NCBI GenBank assembly: GCA_016776925.1
Contig: JADHSL010000005.1
Location: 11,916 to 75,915, forward strand
DNA: 64,000 nt
Direction of reading: 5' to 3'
Source: Pirellulales bacterium
Lineage (GTDB): Bacteria > Planctomycetota > Planctomycetia > Pirellulales > UBA1268
Position 1 is the first letter of the stretch. Every line of letters starts with the position of its first letter. This document shows positions 31,690-41,707 of the stretch, piece by piece. Below the pieces are notes generated by a model. The model saw only the letters and a list, made by a program, of their open reading frames with translations, did not search any database and was not told where the DNA came from. The position numbers were made by a program, and so were the translations under genes.

Positions 31690-32673
31690 ATGACAACTTC
31701 CGACGTTACCATTCCCGTTCGGCTAACTAATATTGTTAAGCGATATGGACGACGAACTGTACTTGATGGTGTTTCAATCGATGTAACTCCTGGGGTGACT
31801 GGTCTTGTTGGACCCAACGGTGCTGGTAAAAGCACTCTTGTCCGATCAATTCTTGGTCTTGTCCGGCTTGCAAGTGGTCAGGCACGCGTATTTGGAAATG
31901 ACCCATATCGGAAACCTCGTCGTGTTCGTCAGATTGTTGGCGTTGTTCCCGAAGATGAATGCACCATTCCGGGTTTATCTGGTGTTGAAATGGTTCGATA
32001 TGCCGCCCGTCTGTCAGGTCTGCCAGGCACTGAGGCGCTTCGGAGATCCCACGAAGTGCTGGATTGGTGTGATGCTGGCCAAGAGCGTTATCGGCCGGTT
32101 GAAACACTCTCGGTCGGCACCCGACAAAAAGTCTCTTTTGCAGCAGCTATCGTTCATGATCCCGACATGGTGATTCTTGATGAACCGACAAACGGTCTCG
32201 ACCCAATTGAGCGGCGGGCAATGCTTGGCCGTCTCACCACTCTTGCCAAAGACCACGGGAAAACAATATTTGTTTCAACCCATGTTCTTCCTGACGTGCA
32301 AGCCATTTGCGACCGCGTTATTGTGCTTGCTCAGGGCCGTGTACAACTTGCAGGTACCATTGAAACACTTACAAAGCCTCCACAGCCTGAGCACCACCTA
32401 GCTGGTTCAGGCCCGCTTGAGCAACTTGCTACAAAACTTTCCGAGCGTGGTCTACCTGCTCGTGTAGAAGCAAATGAGACGGAATCAATCATCTCCCTTG
32501 TATCACCAAAACCAGAAAACATCCGTGATGTCTGGTCTGCAGCAGCCGAAGTTGGGGTGAGTATTCGTTCCCTCGCACCAGCAACTCGACCACTTGAAAA
32601 AATCTTTATCGATACACTGCGACGATCAGAACAACACCATGACCAACACAACACCACGCAGGGGGACCGCTAA
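31690..32673 (+). CDS. ABC transporter ATP-binding protein
   Basis: GPNGAGKST, LSVGTRQK signature, ILDEPTNGLDP, STH. Confidence 0.92.
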   Translation: MTTSDVTIPVRLTNIVKRYGRRTVLDGVSIDVTPGVTGLVGPNGAGKSTLVRSILGLVRLASGQARVFGNDPYRKPRRVRQIVGVVPEDECTIPGLSGVEMVRYAARLSGLPGTEALRRSHEVLDWCDAGQERYRPVETLSVGTRQKVSFAAAIVHDPDMVILDEPTNGLDPIERRAMLGRLTTLAKDHGKTIFVSTHVLPDVQAICDRVIVLAQGRVQLAGTIETLTKPPQPEHHLAGSGPLEQLATKLSERGLPARVEANETESIISLVSPKPENIRDVWSAAAEVGVSIRSLAPATRPLEKIFIDTLRRSEQHHDQHNTTQGDR

Positions 32674-33773
32674 TGCCACTGCAGGATGTTGGTTATCGTG
32701 CTTGGAATAATGAGCGATGTGGTCCTTCTTCAACAATCTGGGTTATTGCTTGGACTGGGATTCGCCTGGCTTGGGAAAGCCGCTGGCTTCGTCGGATGGT
32801 CTTTTTCGCATGGAGCCCGGCACTTCTTTTTGCAGCTAGTTTCTTTGCATTTGAACAGGCCGTCGACGAAGGACGACTGGCCTCACTTGGCACCGCTGCA
32901 CAACGCGGTCGAAATCTTGATGGTATTGGGATGCTGGGTACCGTTCTTGCTGATGCACTAGGTGGCAATACCGATGAAGTGGATGTTGAAACAACCCGCC
33001 ACCTTGTCTGGAGTCGTCTCTTATTAGCCTTCATGCGGGCGCCTCAGGCAATGCTTCTAGCGGCTGTCGTTGGCCTAGTTGCTCCAACACTGATTTCACG
33101 TGACTTAAGAGCAAAAGCATGGCTGATCTATTTCACGAGACCTGTGGGTCGCACAGAGTACATACTTGGCAAGTTCTTTATTCTCCTTTTGTTGGTTCTT
33201 GTTATCACCATGCTGCCGGCACTCGCACTATGGCTCACCGGCGTGCTTGTAAGTCCAAGCGTTTCAGTTGCATTTGAGACATGGGATCTACCAATTCGAA
33301 TTGTCACCGCAAGCTTCATTCTGGCCGTTCCAACAGTCTTGCTGGCACTTGCTTATTCATCACTCACAACTGAAAGTCGAATTGCTAGTTTTGCATGGTT
33401 CGCAACGTGGGTTGCATGCTGGATTGCACATGGTGCTCTCACAACGGCAGATCTTGTTGCCAGCACACAAGATGGTGGCGTTTATTCGATGGAAGGGACG
33501 CAAGAAGAGGAGGCGTCCCGTAGCCCAAAAGCAAAAGTCTCTCCGATCCGGCGCAACTTCCGTTGGTTTGCCCGTGCTGCGGGCATCGATGCCACGCTCG
33601 ATCGATGGGCTTGGGTCTCTCCATATCATGCACTTGGTGCCGTCCAAGCGGCGATATTTGGAATTGATACAAGCCCACGTTCTTGGTGGCCATCATCAAT
33701 GACATTGCTTGTAATGAGTGCTGGCAGTTTATGTATTCTCGCCTGGAGGATAACCGCTCCTGCGTCGAGTTAA
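32673..33773 (+). CDS. ABC-2-type permease
   Basis: Multiple TMs, LISRDLR...IYFTRPVGRTEYILGK; translationally coupled (TAATG) to the ATPase. Confidence 0.8.
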   Translation: MPLQDVGYRAWNNERCGPSSTIWVIAWTGIRLAWESRWLRRMVFFAWSPALLFAASFFAFEQAVDEGRLASLGTAAQRGRNLDGIGMLGTVLADALGGNTDEVDVETTRHLVWSRLLLAFMRAPQAMLLAAVVGLVAPTLISRDLRAKAWLIYFTRPVGRTEYILGKFFILLLLVLVITMLPALALWLTGVLVSPSVSVAFETWDLPIRIVTASFILAVPTVLLALAYSSLTTESRIASFAWFATWVACWIAHGALTTADLVASTQDGGVYSMEGTQEEEASRSPKAKVSPIRRNFRWFARAAGIDATLDRWAWVSPYHALGAVQAAIFGIDTSPRSWWPSSMTLLVMSAGSLCILAWRITAPASS

Positions 33774-33800
33774 TCCAGATATTTCACCCATTCAACTACT

Positions 33801-34727
33801 ATGCTTTCTCTCCAGAACGTAACAAAGCTCTACGGCACTGTCATTGGTGTCAATGATGTCTCGGCAGAACTTGGGCAGGGGGCTCATGGACTTCTTGGTC
33901 CAAATGGTGCAGGAAAAACAACGCTGCTCGGACTCATAACTGGGCAGCTCCGCCCCACTATTGGATCTGTAAATGTTTTTGGTGAGGCTCCTTTTGGAAA
34001 CAGGCGAATTCTTTCCCGAATTGGATACTGTCCAGCCGCTGACCTCACAGAACGTAATGCGACACCACGGGAATGGGTCACATACCTCATGCGATTAAGT
34101 GGCTTTGACGCCGCCGAAGCTCCCCGAAGAGCTGCACGTGCTCTCGACGAAGTCGGCCTTGGTGAGGCATGCACCCGTCCACTGTCAACACTTTCCAAAG
34201 GCATGCGACAACGTGCAAAACTAGCTGGTGCATTTGCACATGATCCAGACCTACTGGTCCTCGATGAGCCATTTGATGGCCTCGATCCTGTTGCCCGGCA
34301 TGACCTTGTTCATCTCGTGCGAATGTGGTCTCAAACTAGAAGTCTCATCGTAGCGAGCCACCTACTCCATGAAGTAGAAGCCCTACGAGCTGATCTCGCT
34401 GTCATCCTTGGAGGACGACTCGTTGCCAACGGTTCCGCATCCGAAATCCGTGAGCTTGTCGATGCGTTGCCTACAGAGGTCAAATTCAAAACATCATCTG
34501 TCGACAAACTTGCTCAGTTGGCGTGTGGAGCTGGTGTTGTGGAAACACTCTATATACCTAATGAAGACACACTTATTATCGGCACCAGACAAGCCGGTCG
34601 TCTTGCAGACATGGTTGCCAAAGCCGTTCATGACGGTCTAGTTGTCCGTGAAGTCATTGCTGAAGACAGAACACTCGAAGGCATTTTCAGTCGGCTGATG
34701 AAACTACACCGGGGAGTTGAGCAGTGA
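33801..34727 (+). CDS. ABC transporter ATP-binding protein
   Basis: GPNGAGKTT, LSKGMRQR, VLDEPFDGLDP, ASH. Confidence 0.92.
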   Translation: MLSLQNVTKLYGTVIGVNDVSAELGQGAHGLLGPNGAGKTTLLGLITGQLRPTIGSVNVFGEAPFGNRRILSRIGYCPAADLTERNATPREWVTYLMRLSGFDAAEAPRRAARALDEVGLGEACTRPLSTLSKGMRQRAKLAGAFAHDPDLLVLDEPFDGLDPVARHDLVHLVRMWSQTRSLIVASHLLHEVEALRADLAVILGGRLVANGSASEIRELVDALPTEVKFKTSSVDKLAQLACGAGVVETLYIPNEDTLIIGTRQAGRLADMVAKAVHDGLVVREVIAEDRTLEGIFSRLMKLHRGVEQ

Positions 34728-35551
34728 AAGATTCCCCACAAACAGCTGATGCTTATGATCTCCCACACGGCCGTCCTCCTGAAGGGAATAATTTTGCAGC
34801 CATTCGGGCAGTCACAGGCTTTCAGCTCAATCGGTTAATGACGAAACCTCGCATTGCTATGGGTCTGGTTGGTGCTCTTTTTCCTGCTGCAGTAATGTTC
34901 GCTGTTATTCGTACGGCGCCGATCAACCGAGACATGACTGTTGCCATGATTTACGCACTCATTCCTGAGGCTCTTTGTGTCCTTGGGCTCCTTGTAACAA
35001 TGTGTCCGGTTGTTGCAGATGAGCTTGAGCGCGGAACATGGATTCATGTGACCGTACGGCCGGGTGGCCGACAAAGTCTGCTTTTGGGCACATTCGCAGC
35101 TGCAGTCATTTGGACAGGAGGTGTTTCTCTCGTATCCCTTATGCTGACGCTCCTTATTGCCCAACCAACTCAGCCAATTGGACTTGTTGTGATGTTTACC
35201 GTCCTCATTGGAATATCCTGTATTGGGCGGGCCGCCTTATTTGCTGTTCCAGCTGTTATTCTGCCAAAGCGGGCCCTTATTGCCAGCGTTGGAGTTGCCT
35301 TGGTCGTTGAGTATTTTGCCGGTCTACTACCGGCTGTTGTGAATCAAGTTACAGTCAGCTTACGACTACGCAGTCTGCTCGTTGAATGGATGGCATGGCG
35401 TAAAGATCTACCCATCGAAATGACTCTTTTCGTGGATGATTATTCAGCACCCGTCCAGATAGCGGCTGTTTGTATTCTAGTATGCATACTCCTTACAACT
35501 GCTGGATTTATTCTCAACCGCCGACAGTTTCCACCAAGTGTAGAGAACTGA
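34724..35551 (+). CDS. ABC-2-type permease
   Basis: About 6 TMs, ADELERGTWIHVTVRP; GTGA overlap with the upstream ATPase. Confidence 0.78.
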   Translation: MKDSPQTADAYDLPHGRPPEGNNFAAIRAVTGFQLNRLMTKPRIAMGLVGALFPAAVMFAVIRTAPINRDMTVAMIYALIPEALCVLGLLVTMCPVVADELERGTWIHVTVRPGGRQSLLLGTFAAAVIWTGGVSLVSLMLTLLIAQPTQPIGLVVMFTVLIGISCIGRAALFAVPAVILPKRALIASVGVALVVEYFAGLLPAVVNQVTVSLRLRSLLVEWMAWRKDLPIEMTLFVDDYSAPVQIAAVCILVCILLTTAGFILNRRQFPPSVEN

Positions 35552-35554
35552 TTG

Positions 35555-36325
35555 ATGGACAGAACACCCATAGACATGAATGATTCAGTCATCCAAATCA
35601 AAAACCTTGTAAAGGAATATAAGGGTAGTGATGGAACGATCGTTCGGGCTGTGAACAACGTCTCGATGTCTGTTGCCGCTGGCGAAATTGTTGGCTTACT
35701 CGGTGCAAATGGTGCCGGGAAAACTACAACTCTTCGTATGATTGCAACTCTCCTGCAGCCAACATCTGGTCATGCGCAGGTCTGTAATCATGACAGTATC
35801 ACCGACCCTGTCGGAGTACGACAGTCGCTTGGCTATGTATCAGCCACAACTGGTGTGCCTGATCGTCTGACGGCACGTGAATTACTCACTTCTTTTGGTC
35901 GGCTTCATGGTCTTGAAGAAGACACTATCAAAGACCGTCTCGAATGGCTTATTACGACACTCTCTCTACGTGATTACATAGATCGTCCTGCGGGAAGGCT
36001 TTCTTCCGGACAGCGCCAACGAATTTCTCTCGGCAGGGCACTCGTCCATAACCCCCCGGCACTTGTTTTAGACGAACCAACAAATGCTCTCGATGTTGTA
36101 GGTTCGCGTGACCTGCTTGACACACTTGATCATCTTCGAGAAAGCGGACATGCGATCTTGTTATCAACACATCGCCTGCATGAAATTGAACATCGATGCG
36201 ATCGATTTGTCATCATTGACACAGGGCACATTGTCGCCGCAGGCACGCGCGATGAACTCGTTGGAGATTCTGGAGAGCTTGAAGATGCCTTTTTTCATGC
36301 CATTGAGAAGGGGGCACATACATGA
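35555..36325 (+). CDS. ABC ATP-binding protein, NatA-like
   Basis: GANGAGKTTTLRMIATLLQP, LSSGQRQR, HNPPALVLDEPT; ATGA overlap with a NatB-like gene. Confidence 0.88.
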   Translation: MDRTPIDMNDSVIQIKNLVKEYKGSDGTIVRAVNNVSMSVAAGEIVGLLGANGAGKTTTLRMIATLLQPTSGHAQVCNHDSITDPVGVRQSLGYVSATTGVPDRLTARELLTSFGRLHGLEEDTIKDRLEWLITTLSLRDYIDRPAGRLSSGQRQRISLGRALVHNPPALVLDEPTNALDVVGSRDLLDTLDHLRESGHAILLSTHRLHEIEHRCDRFVIIDTGHIVAAGTRDELVGDSGELEDAFFHAIEKGAHT

Positions 36326-39300
36326 ATCGTAATGCCAATCCTCTTAGGGCTGCCTTAGCACTCGCTCGTCGTGATTTACTTGAATTCTTGCGAGATCGAA
36401 GAACGGTTGCTGTCACACTCCTTTTACCAATGATCACATATCCGCTGGTCGCCCTATCAAGTTCTCTTGGTGTTCGGACTGGCTTAAAAACAACTGAAGA
36501 ACGACAGTCAGCAACACCGCTGTCGCTTGTTCTCAGTGGACCGGAAGCTCCTCGTTTAGCAACTCGTCTCGGGATGGTTCTTCTCGCTGCAGAAGACAAT
36601 GAGCCATCCGGATGGCCGAGTGATGTCTTCGCTGAAATTGAACCGCCACGAAAAGCAAAGGAACTCCTTGAATCTGGAAAAGTTGATCTGTGGATTAACG
36701 TTCCGAATGGATTCACAAAAGAGCTGAAAAAATTCAATACAGTCAATCTAACTGCTCATGTTTCTGACAAGTATCCTGCAAGTGAAAAAACACGCTCGCA
36801 GTTTGAATCTCTCATTGAAAGCTTCGCAACACAGGTGCGTGAAGAACGAATGGGGGTTGCCGGAGTTCCCATAAGTCTTTTTGATCCCATTAAGTTGATG
36901 TTCGAAGGAAAAGATCCAGAGGCCGTAGTTGCTGACCGAAGAATCATGGCTCCGGTTGCAGGAGCAATCCTCGTACTACTTTCTGTCCTGACAATGACTG
37001 GGTCTTTCTATCCCGCTATTGATGCCATTGCTGGTGAGAAAGAACGGGGCACCATCGAAACACTTCTCATCGTGCCGTGTCGAACGCAAGATATTGTCTT
37101 CGGCAAGTATCTTGCCATTTTTGGAGTCACACTTGCTACTCTTGCCGCCAATGTCATTTCAATTCTTCTTACGATTCTTGTCTCTCTGAAATATTTTCCA
37201 GATGGTTCTACCGATTATTACCTGCAAAATATTGGACTGGGATCTCTGATAACCCTTCTTTCATTTATTGGTCTTTCATCAGTAGCATCAGCGATGAGTC
37301 TTGCTGTAACAACTGCTTCAAAAAGTATGAAAGAAGCACAAAACACACTGACTCCTGTCATCCTACTTATCAGTGCACTTGCAGGAGTGTCGCTCATACC
37401 TGGAATCAGCCAGAATCGACTTGTGCCCATGGTGCCCTACACGGGTCAGATTGTTGTTTCACAGAACGCCCTGACACCTCCACCCACGAAACAGGAAGTT
37501 ATTTCTAAATCGAACCAAACTGACGGAGAGTCGTCTTCCGTCATGATGAGTCCAATCGCCAGTATTTCGCCACTCCTGCTGACACTCTTTTCAAGCGTTG
37601 CAGTGACTTGGGTACTCCTTCGTGGAACAACAGCAATGCTGACCGACGAAGACCTCCTGTTTCGTGGACCAGATGCCGCAAGTGGTTTTAGCCGTCCTGC
37701 ACCTCGACTGATACCTGGGATTATCCATGGTGGCATTGCCCTTGTGCTTGGCCTTGCTGGTCTTTGGTATGTCCAAGGGCTCAGCCCAGAAAGCATTATC
37801 TTTGCAATACCCGTTCAACAACTCGCCGTTGTCGCTCCTCTAGCCATTCTTCTCTTGTGGCAACGGGTAAATATCAAAAGAACTTTTTCTCTTTACTGGC
37901 CAGGGTGCGGATTGAGTTGGCGATCTTTTCTCGGTGGCCTCAGTGCACTGATTGGTGGCCTCCTGACTGGTGGTGGACTTTTTATTCTTGGTGCTGCCGT
38001 CCTCTTGCAGCTGACAACGATTGAAATGTCACCGGCAATGAAACAACTCTCCGAGAAGATACTTTCTCTCATGCTTGACCAACCCTGGTGGCTCGCCTGG
38101 GCTCTCATCGCAATACTTCCAGCATGCTTGGAAGAACTTCTTTTTCGTGGATGGGTCCTCTCTGCATTTTGTGGTGAGAAACCCAGTAAACAACGAATGG
38201 CTATTGCTGTTTTTGCCCAAGCTATTTGCTTTGCAATCTTCCATCTTCTCCCTGAACGGATGCCACAGACATTTCTTCTTGGCCTCGCACTTGGAACAAT
38301 CGTTCTTCTGACGAAGAGCATCTACCCCGCAATACTGTGTCACATTGCAAATAACTCGATGCCGCTTCTTCTGCTCTATATGACTGGAATTCAAGACAAG
38401 GAATCTCTCCCCGAATCCGTGGCAACTGATGTAACCACTCTATCGCTACCGCCAGAGGCCATTGCCGCAGCAGGGGGCACCGTTGTACTCGGTGGAATTC
38501 TTCTTGTTGTTTCCAACAAACTTCGAATGCGCTGTTCCTTGGCCAGAATCGCAACATTGATCCTGCTAACGATCTCTTGTTTTTCCAACAGTCAATCGAA
38601 CCACCTACTGGCCCAAGAACCAACAACACAAAAAACAACTCAGCCGTTACAAGTTGGAGTTTTTCCGATGAAGGGGCTTGCCGAATATGGCGGAGAAAAA
38701 CCTCGTGGCTACTCCATTGATCTTTGGAATGAATTGTCAAAACGTATCAATGTACCGGCAGAGTTGATTGCAATATCGTCGATTGAGAAGCTTTTTGCTG
38801 CTACTCAAAATGGTGATATTGACGTGCTTCTTGGTCCACTCGCAATGACAGAACAGCGAGAGAAGTTGGTTGACTTCACACATCCCGTTGTGCATTCAGG
38901 GCTGCAGATCGCTGTTCCCCGTGAGCCTGATGGCCGTCTGCTTACAGCTCTCAATAACTTGATCTCATGGGAATTAGTATCCATCCTTGCTGGAGTGATC
39001 GGGACGATAGTCTTGACCGGACACCTTCTCTGGATTTTCGAACGACGTCATAATGCCGAATCATTCCCGACTCCTTACCCCCGCGGCGCCTGGGAAGCTG
39101 TTTGGTGGAGCGTAAGTACAATCATCACTGGTGGCTGTGAAAATAAAGTAATTTCGACTGTTACTGGAAGATTTATAGCAACCGCATCGATGATTGGTGG
39201 CATTGTCCTTGTTGCACTTCTCACCAGCACTCTCACTACGACCATGACTGTTGATCAGGTAACCGGCACCATACGGAGCCCTCGTGACCTCTTCGGCAAG

Positions 39301-39639
39301 ACCGTCGCCTGTCAAGAAGGTGGTGTTGTTGTTGTTGCAGTGGAAGAGTTTGGGGGCAGCCCCATACTCTATCCGGATCTTGAAGCCATGGTGGCCGCTG
39401 TTTCAAGCGAGGAATGCGATGCACTGGTCTCTGAATCACACACGCTCATGCTTGCTTTGCATACTTCTAAATCAAAAGACCTTCGACTGATTCCGGGCAT
39501 CTTTGATTCGTTTGACTTCGCGCTCGCACTTCCACAAGGAAGCACACTGCGTGAGCCACTGAACAACGCAATCTTACAGATGCGTGAAGCAGGACGACTC
39601 GATGAAATCAAAGAACGTTGGTTCGGTGAACACAACTAG
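36322..39639 (+). CDS. Fusion protein: NatB-like ABC permease + CPBP/CAAX (Abi) intramembrane protease + GluR0-like ligand-binding/ion-channel module
   Basis: NatB-like: FLRDRRT and IAGEKERGTIETLL. CPBP: EELLFRG, FAIFH, HIANN. Channel: SBP3 S1 lobe, TM, WWSVSTIITGGCENK, TM, S2 lobe ending LREPLNNAIL...RWFG. Confidence 0.85.
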   Translation: MNRNANPLRAALALARRDLLEFLRDRRTVAVTLLLPMITYPLVALSSSLGVRTGLKTTEERQSATPLSLVLSGPEAPRLATRLGMVLLAAEDNEPSGWPSDVFAEIEPPRKAKELLESGKVDLWINVPNGFTKELKKFNTVNLTAHVSDKYPASEKTRSQFESLIESFATQVREERMGVAGVPISLFDPIKLMFEGKDPEAVVADRRIMAPVAGAILVLLSVLTMTGSFYPAIDAIAGEKERGTIETLLIVPCRTQDIVFGKYLAIFGVTLATLAANVISILLTILVSLKYFPDGSTDYYLQNIGLGSLITLLSFIGLSSVASAMSLAVTTASKSMKEAQNTLTPVILLISALAGVSLIPGISQNRLVPMVPYTGQIVVSQNALTPPPTKQEVISKSNQTDGESSSVMMSPIASISPLLLTLFSSVAVTWVLLRGTTAMLTDEDLLFRGPDAASGFSRPAPRLIPGIIHGGIALVLGLAGLWYVQGLSPESIIFAIPVQQLAVVAPLAILLLWQRVNIKRTFSLYWPGCGLSWRSFLGGLSALIGGLLTGGGLFILGAAVLLQLTTIEMSPAMKQLSEKILSLMLDQPWWLAWALIAILPACLEELLFRGWVLSAFCGEKPSKQRMAIAVFAQAICFAIFHLLPERMPQTFLLGLALGTIVLLTKSIYPAILCHIANNSMPLLLLYMTGIQDKESLPESVATDVTTLSLPPEAIAAAGGTVVLGGILLVVSNKLRMRCSLARIATLILLTISCFSNSQSNHLLAQEPTTQKTTQPLQVGVFPMKGLAEYGGEKPRGYSIDLWNELSKRINVPAELIAISSIEKLFAATQNGDIDVLLGPLAMTEQREKLVDFTHPVVHSGLQIAVPREPDGRLLTALNNLISWELVSILAGVIGTIVLTGHLLWIFERRHNAESFPTPYPRGAWEAVWWSVSTIITGGCENKVISTVTGRFIATASMIGGIVLVALLTSTLTTTMTVDQVTGTIRSPRDLFGKTVACQEGGVVVVAVEEFGGSPILYPDLEAMVAAVSSEECDALVSESHTLMLALHTSKSKDLRLIPGIFDSFDFALALPQGSTLREPLNNAILQMREAGRLDEIKERWFGEHN

Positions 39640-39790
39640 ATTATTTTCCCAGAAGCCATGTACATTGTCTTCCAGGGGGAAACGTTATCGAATCAAAGAA
39701 GATTTTTTGAGTTGATTGGGGCCCTTTATTTATACGACCGTACGGTAACGTGGCGTTTTCAGAGCGCATTATCTTTCAGGAAAGCGCACC

Positions 39791-41542
39791 ATGAAAAATT
39801 ATCTATCCCTTCTGATGGCCTTGGTGTGCAATACAGGTGTCATTCAAGCACTTGCAGCTGTACCGCCAAATGTCATTCTTATTATGACCGATGATCAGGG
39901 GTACGGTGACGTAGCATGTCATGGTAACCCGGTCATAAAAACTCCCTGTATTGATCGGTTGCATGCGGAATCGCTTCGACTCACAAACTTTCATGTGAGT
40001 CCTTACTGCACGCCAACTCGTGCCGCACTGATGACAGGTCGCTATCCTGCTCGCACCGGGGCGTACCGTACGAGTAGTGGCCGTACAATGCTCCATCGTG
40101 ATGAGCAAACGATTGCAAATATTTTTTCAGATGCTGGGTACGCCACTGGCATGATTGGCAAATGGCATCTTGGAGATAACGCACCGCACCGGCCGCAAGA
40201 CCGCGGGTTTCAAGAAGTTCTCTGGCACCGCTGTGGTGGAGTTGGCCAAGCTTCGGACTACTACGGAAACGATTACTTTGACGACACGTATGAACGAAAT
40301 GGTGTATTTGAGAAATTTACCGGGTATTGCACAGATATCTGGTTCAATGAAGCCAAAAAATTTGTTGAACGTCATCAAAAAGAACCTTTCTTTTTATATC
40401 TCGCAACCAATGCCCCGCACGGCCCGTACCGGGTCGATCCAGAGTGGAGCGAACCATACCGAGATTCGGTTCTCTGGGGGAACGGTGCCAATTTCTATGG
40501 CATGATCACAAATATCGATCATAACTTAGGACTATTACGAGAACACCTCGAAGATCTGGGGCTTGCCGAGAATACCATTCTCATTTTCATGACAGATAAT
40601 GGCACCTCCAATGGTATTCCGAAAGGTGAACTACCTGCGGGAAGTTTCCACGGCTTCAATGCAAACATGAGGGGGAAAAAGTCGACTGTGTACGAGGGTG
40701 GCCACAGAGTCCCCTGCTTTCTTCATTGGCCTGTCGGTGGACTGAAAGAAGGGAAAGACTTCGATGGATTGACGGCTCATCTTGATCTCCTTCCAACTCT
40801 TCTCGATCTGTGTGAGATACAACTCCCTCAGGATCATGACCCCGATGGATTTTCATTCGCAGCAAACATCCATGATGAAAAAATACTGGCACATCGGCAC
40901 CACTATATTGCACAACTCCATGGTGGTGCCGGGTTTCACCATCCGGAAGAACCGTGGGACACATCATGTGTATGTAAAGGACCATGGCGGCTTATAAACG
41001 GCACTGAGCTTTATGATCTCCGTACTGACCACTCCCAACAAAATAATATTGCTGAAGATCATCCAGACGTTATTACTGAACTTCGTAAGCTTTATGAAGC
41101 GTTCTGGAAATCTGTATCACCCCGCATGGAACCGGTCGCTATCGATGTCGGCAACCCTGTGGAAAATCCAACTACTCTTTGCTCACAGGACTGGTATTTG
41201 CCATTTGGAAATCCACCATGGAATTTCAATTCAATCAATCGTAGACCATCTATCACAGGACCGTGGCACGTCATGGTTCAACAAGATGGAACATACCGAA
41301 TCACCTTGCGGCAGCTTCCCAAAGAAGCAAATACGCCTCTGGTTGCAGAGCGCGCCTCCCTCACAGTTGCTGGTGAAACACACGAGGTGAATGTACTCGA
41401 CGGGTCATCACACGTTCATTTCACTGTAAATTTGCCGGCTGGGAAAACTGAACTCATCACACGGTTCTGGAATTCAAATGAACCAGATGGTGGGGCGTAC
41501 TTTACTGATGTTGAGTTCTTAGAGGCAAAACATGCACCATGA
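39791..41542 (+). CDS. Arylsulfatase with C-terminal beta domain
   Basis: Signal peptide, PNVILIMTDDQGYGD, CTPTRAALMTGR, GKWHLG, TDNG, YEGGHRVP. Confidence 0.92.
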   Translation: MKNYLSLLMALVCNTGVIQALAAVPPNVILIMTDDQGYGDVACHGNPVIKTPCIDRLHAESLRLTNFHVSPYCTPTRAALMTGRYPARTGAYRTSSGRTMLHRDEQTIANIFSDAGYATGMIGKWHLGDNAPHRPQDRGFQEVLWHRCGGVGQASDYYGNDYFDDTYERNGVFEKFTGYCTDIWFNEAKKFVERHQKEPFFLYLATNAPHGPYRVDPEWSEPYRDSVLWGNGANFYGMITNIDHNLGLLREHLEDLGLAENTILIFMTDNGTSNGIPKGELPAGSFHGFNANMRGKKSTVYEGGHRVPCFLHWPVGGLKEGKDFDGLTAHLDLLPTLLDLCEIQLPQDHDPDGFSFAANIHDEKILAHRHHYIAQLHGGAGFHHPEEPWDTSCVCKGPWRLINGTELYDLRTDHSQQNNIAEDHPDVITELRKLYEAFWKSVSPRMEPVAIDVGNPVENPTTLCSQDWYLPFGNPPWNFNSINRRPSITGPWHVMVQQDGTYRITLRQLPKEANTPLVAERASLTVAGETHEVNVLDGSSHVHFTVNLPAGKTELITRFWNSNEPDGGAYFTDVEFLEAKHAP

Positions 41543-41707
41543 CTTTATTACTTTCTGGGCAGTGACTGTAGGTTTTACTCATACGATGCTCGCAATTGGA
41601 GAGAATCAATGGTTCTCATGAAGGCCTCTCCTCCACTTGATTTTCTGTCTGCAAATCAAAATCGACCACCCTGCCAATTATATTTTCACTTTCCTTCGCT
41701 TTAAATT

